Shown one piece after another: positions 63,687 to 64,000 of a stretch of 64,000 nucleotides of DNA; position 1 is the first letter of the stretch; the number at the start of each line of letters is the position of its first letter. The translations under genes were made by a program, and so were the position numbers. Location of the stretch: NCBI GenBank assembly GCA_965203805.1, contig OZ241917.1, positions 128,001-192,000 on the forward strand. Reading direction: 5' to 3'. The notes under the pieces were generated by a model, which did no database searches, had not been told where the DNA came from, and worked only from the letters and a program-made list of their open reading frames with translations. The DNA is from Candidatus Latescibacterota bacterium. GTDB taxonomy: Bacteria; Latescibacterota; UBA2968; GCA-2709665.

Positions 63687-64000
63687 ATGCCGTTGCAGGC
63701 CTTCATTCTGGTGATGATCTCCACCGTCCTTCACGCCGCCTGGAATTTTGCGGTGAGGAAGGCATCCGGAAACCTGGGTGTGCTGTGGCTGGGTATGTGG
63801 TTTGCGTCCGTCCTGTGCCTTCCGGCGGTCTTTCTTGTGCCACCTGGGTCTGGCTCGCTAACGGCCGGATGGCCCTTCATTGCGGCGACCGGTCTGACGC
63901 ATTCCCTGTATTTCCTCATGTTGGCCAAAGCCTACGAAGATGGAGAGATTTCGGTCGTATACCCGGTTGCCCGCGGCACGGGCGTGGGAGGTACGGCCCT
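63687..64000 (+). CDS. EamA/DMT family transporter, 5' part (runs off the window)
   Basis: Manual translation: LHAAWN...YFLML.KAY..GEIS.VYP.ARG. Confidence 0.85.
   Translation, partial: MPLQAFILVMISTVLHAAWNFAVRKASGNLGVLWLGMWFASVLCLPAVFLVPPGSGSLTAGWPFIAATGLTHSLYFLMLAKAYEDGEISVVYPVARGTGVGGTA

Overview
GC-rich bacterial core-genome window, with gene content and order resembling the FCB group (lineage is inference only). It carries the tRNA(Tyr/Gly/Thr/Trp)-rpmG-secE-nusG-rplKAJL-rpoBC-str-S10-spc-alpha superoperon (~5.9-37.9 kb). Flanking genes include BatE, plant-type thrC and cystathionine gamma-synthase, rlmD, greA, a DapA-family gene, adk, a beta-propeller/PP2C sensor, folD, a eukaryote-type purL, ribokinase, bamD, nadD, zapA, an MFS transporter, DUF1015 and an M24 peptidase. 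The most unusual signals are non-coding. (1) A 785-nt ORF-less group II intron splits the tRNA cluster; its EBS1/EBS2 match a 9-nt-periodic repeat family, with two empty target-like sites within 600 bp. (2) A ~165-bp TA-flanked MITE family (3 copies) supplies the TAG stop codons of tuf, rpmJ and an epimerase gene and carries smaller nested palindromes. (3) An apparently leaderless MFSVVVI peptide with a terminator forms a Val/Ile-type attenuator before the cystathionine gamma-synthase-like gene. (4) A rod-shaped 6S-like RNA candidate lies upstream of bamD. (5) Natural substitutions occur at antibiotic-target residues (RpoB D516Q/S522D, uS12 K88R/G92S). All calls come from manual motif recognition; no database searches or folding programs were run.
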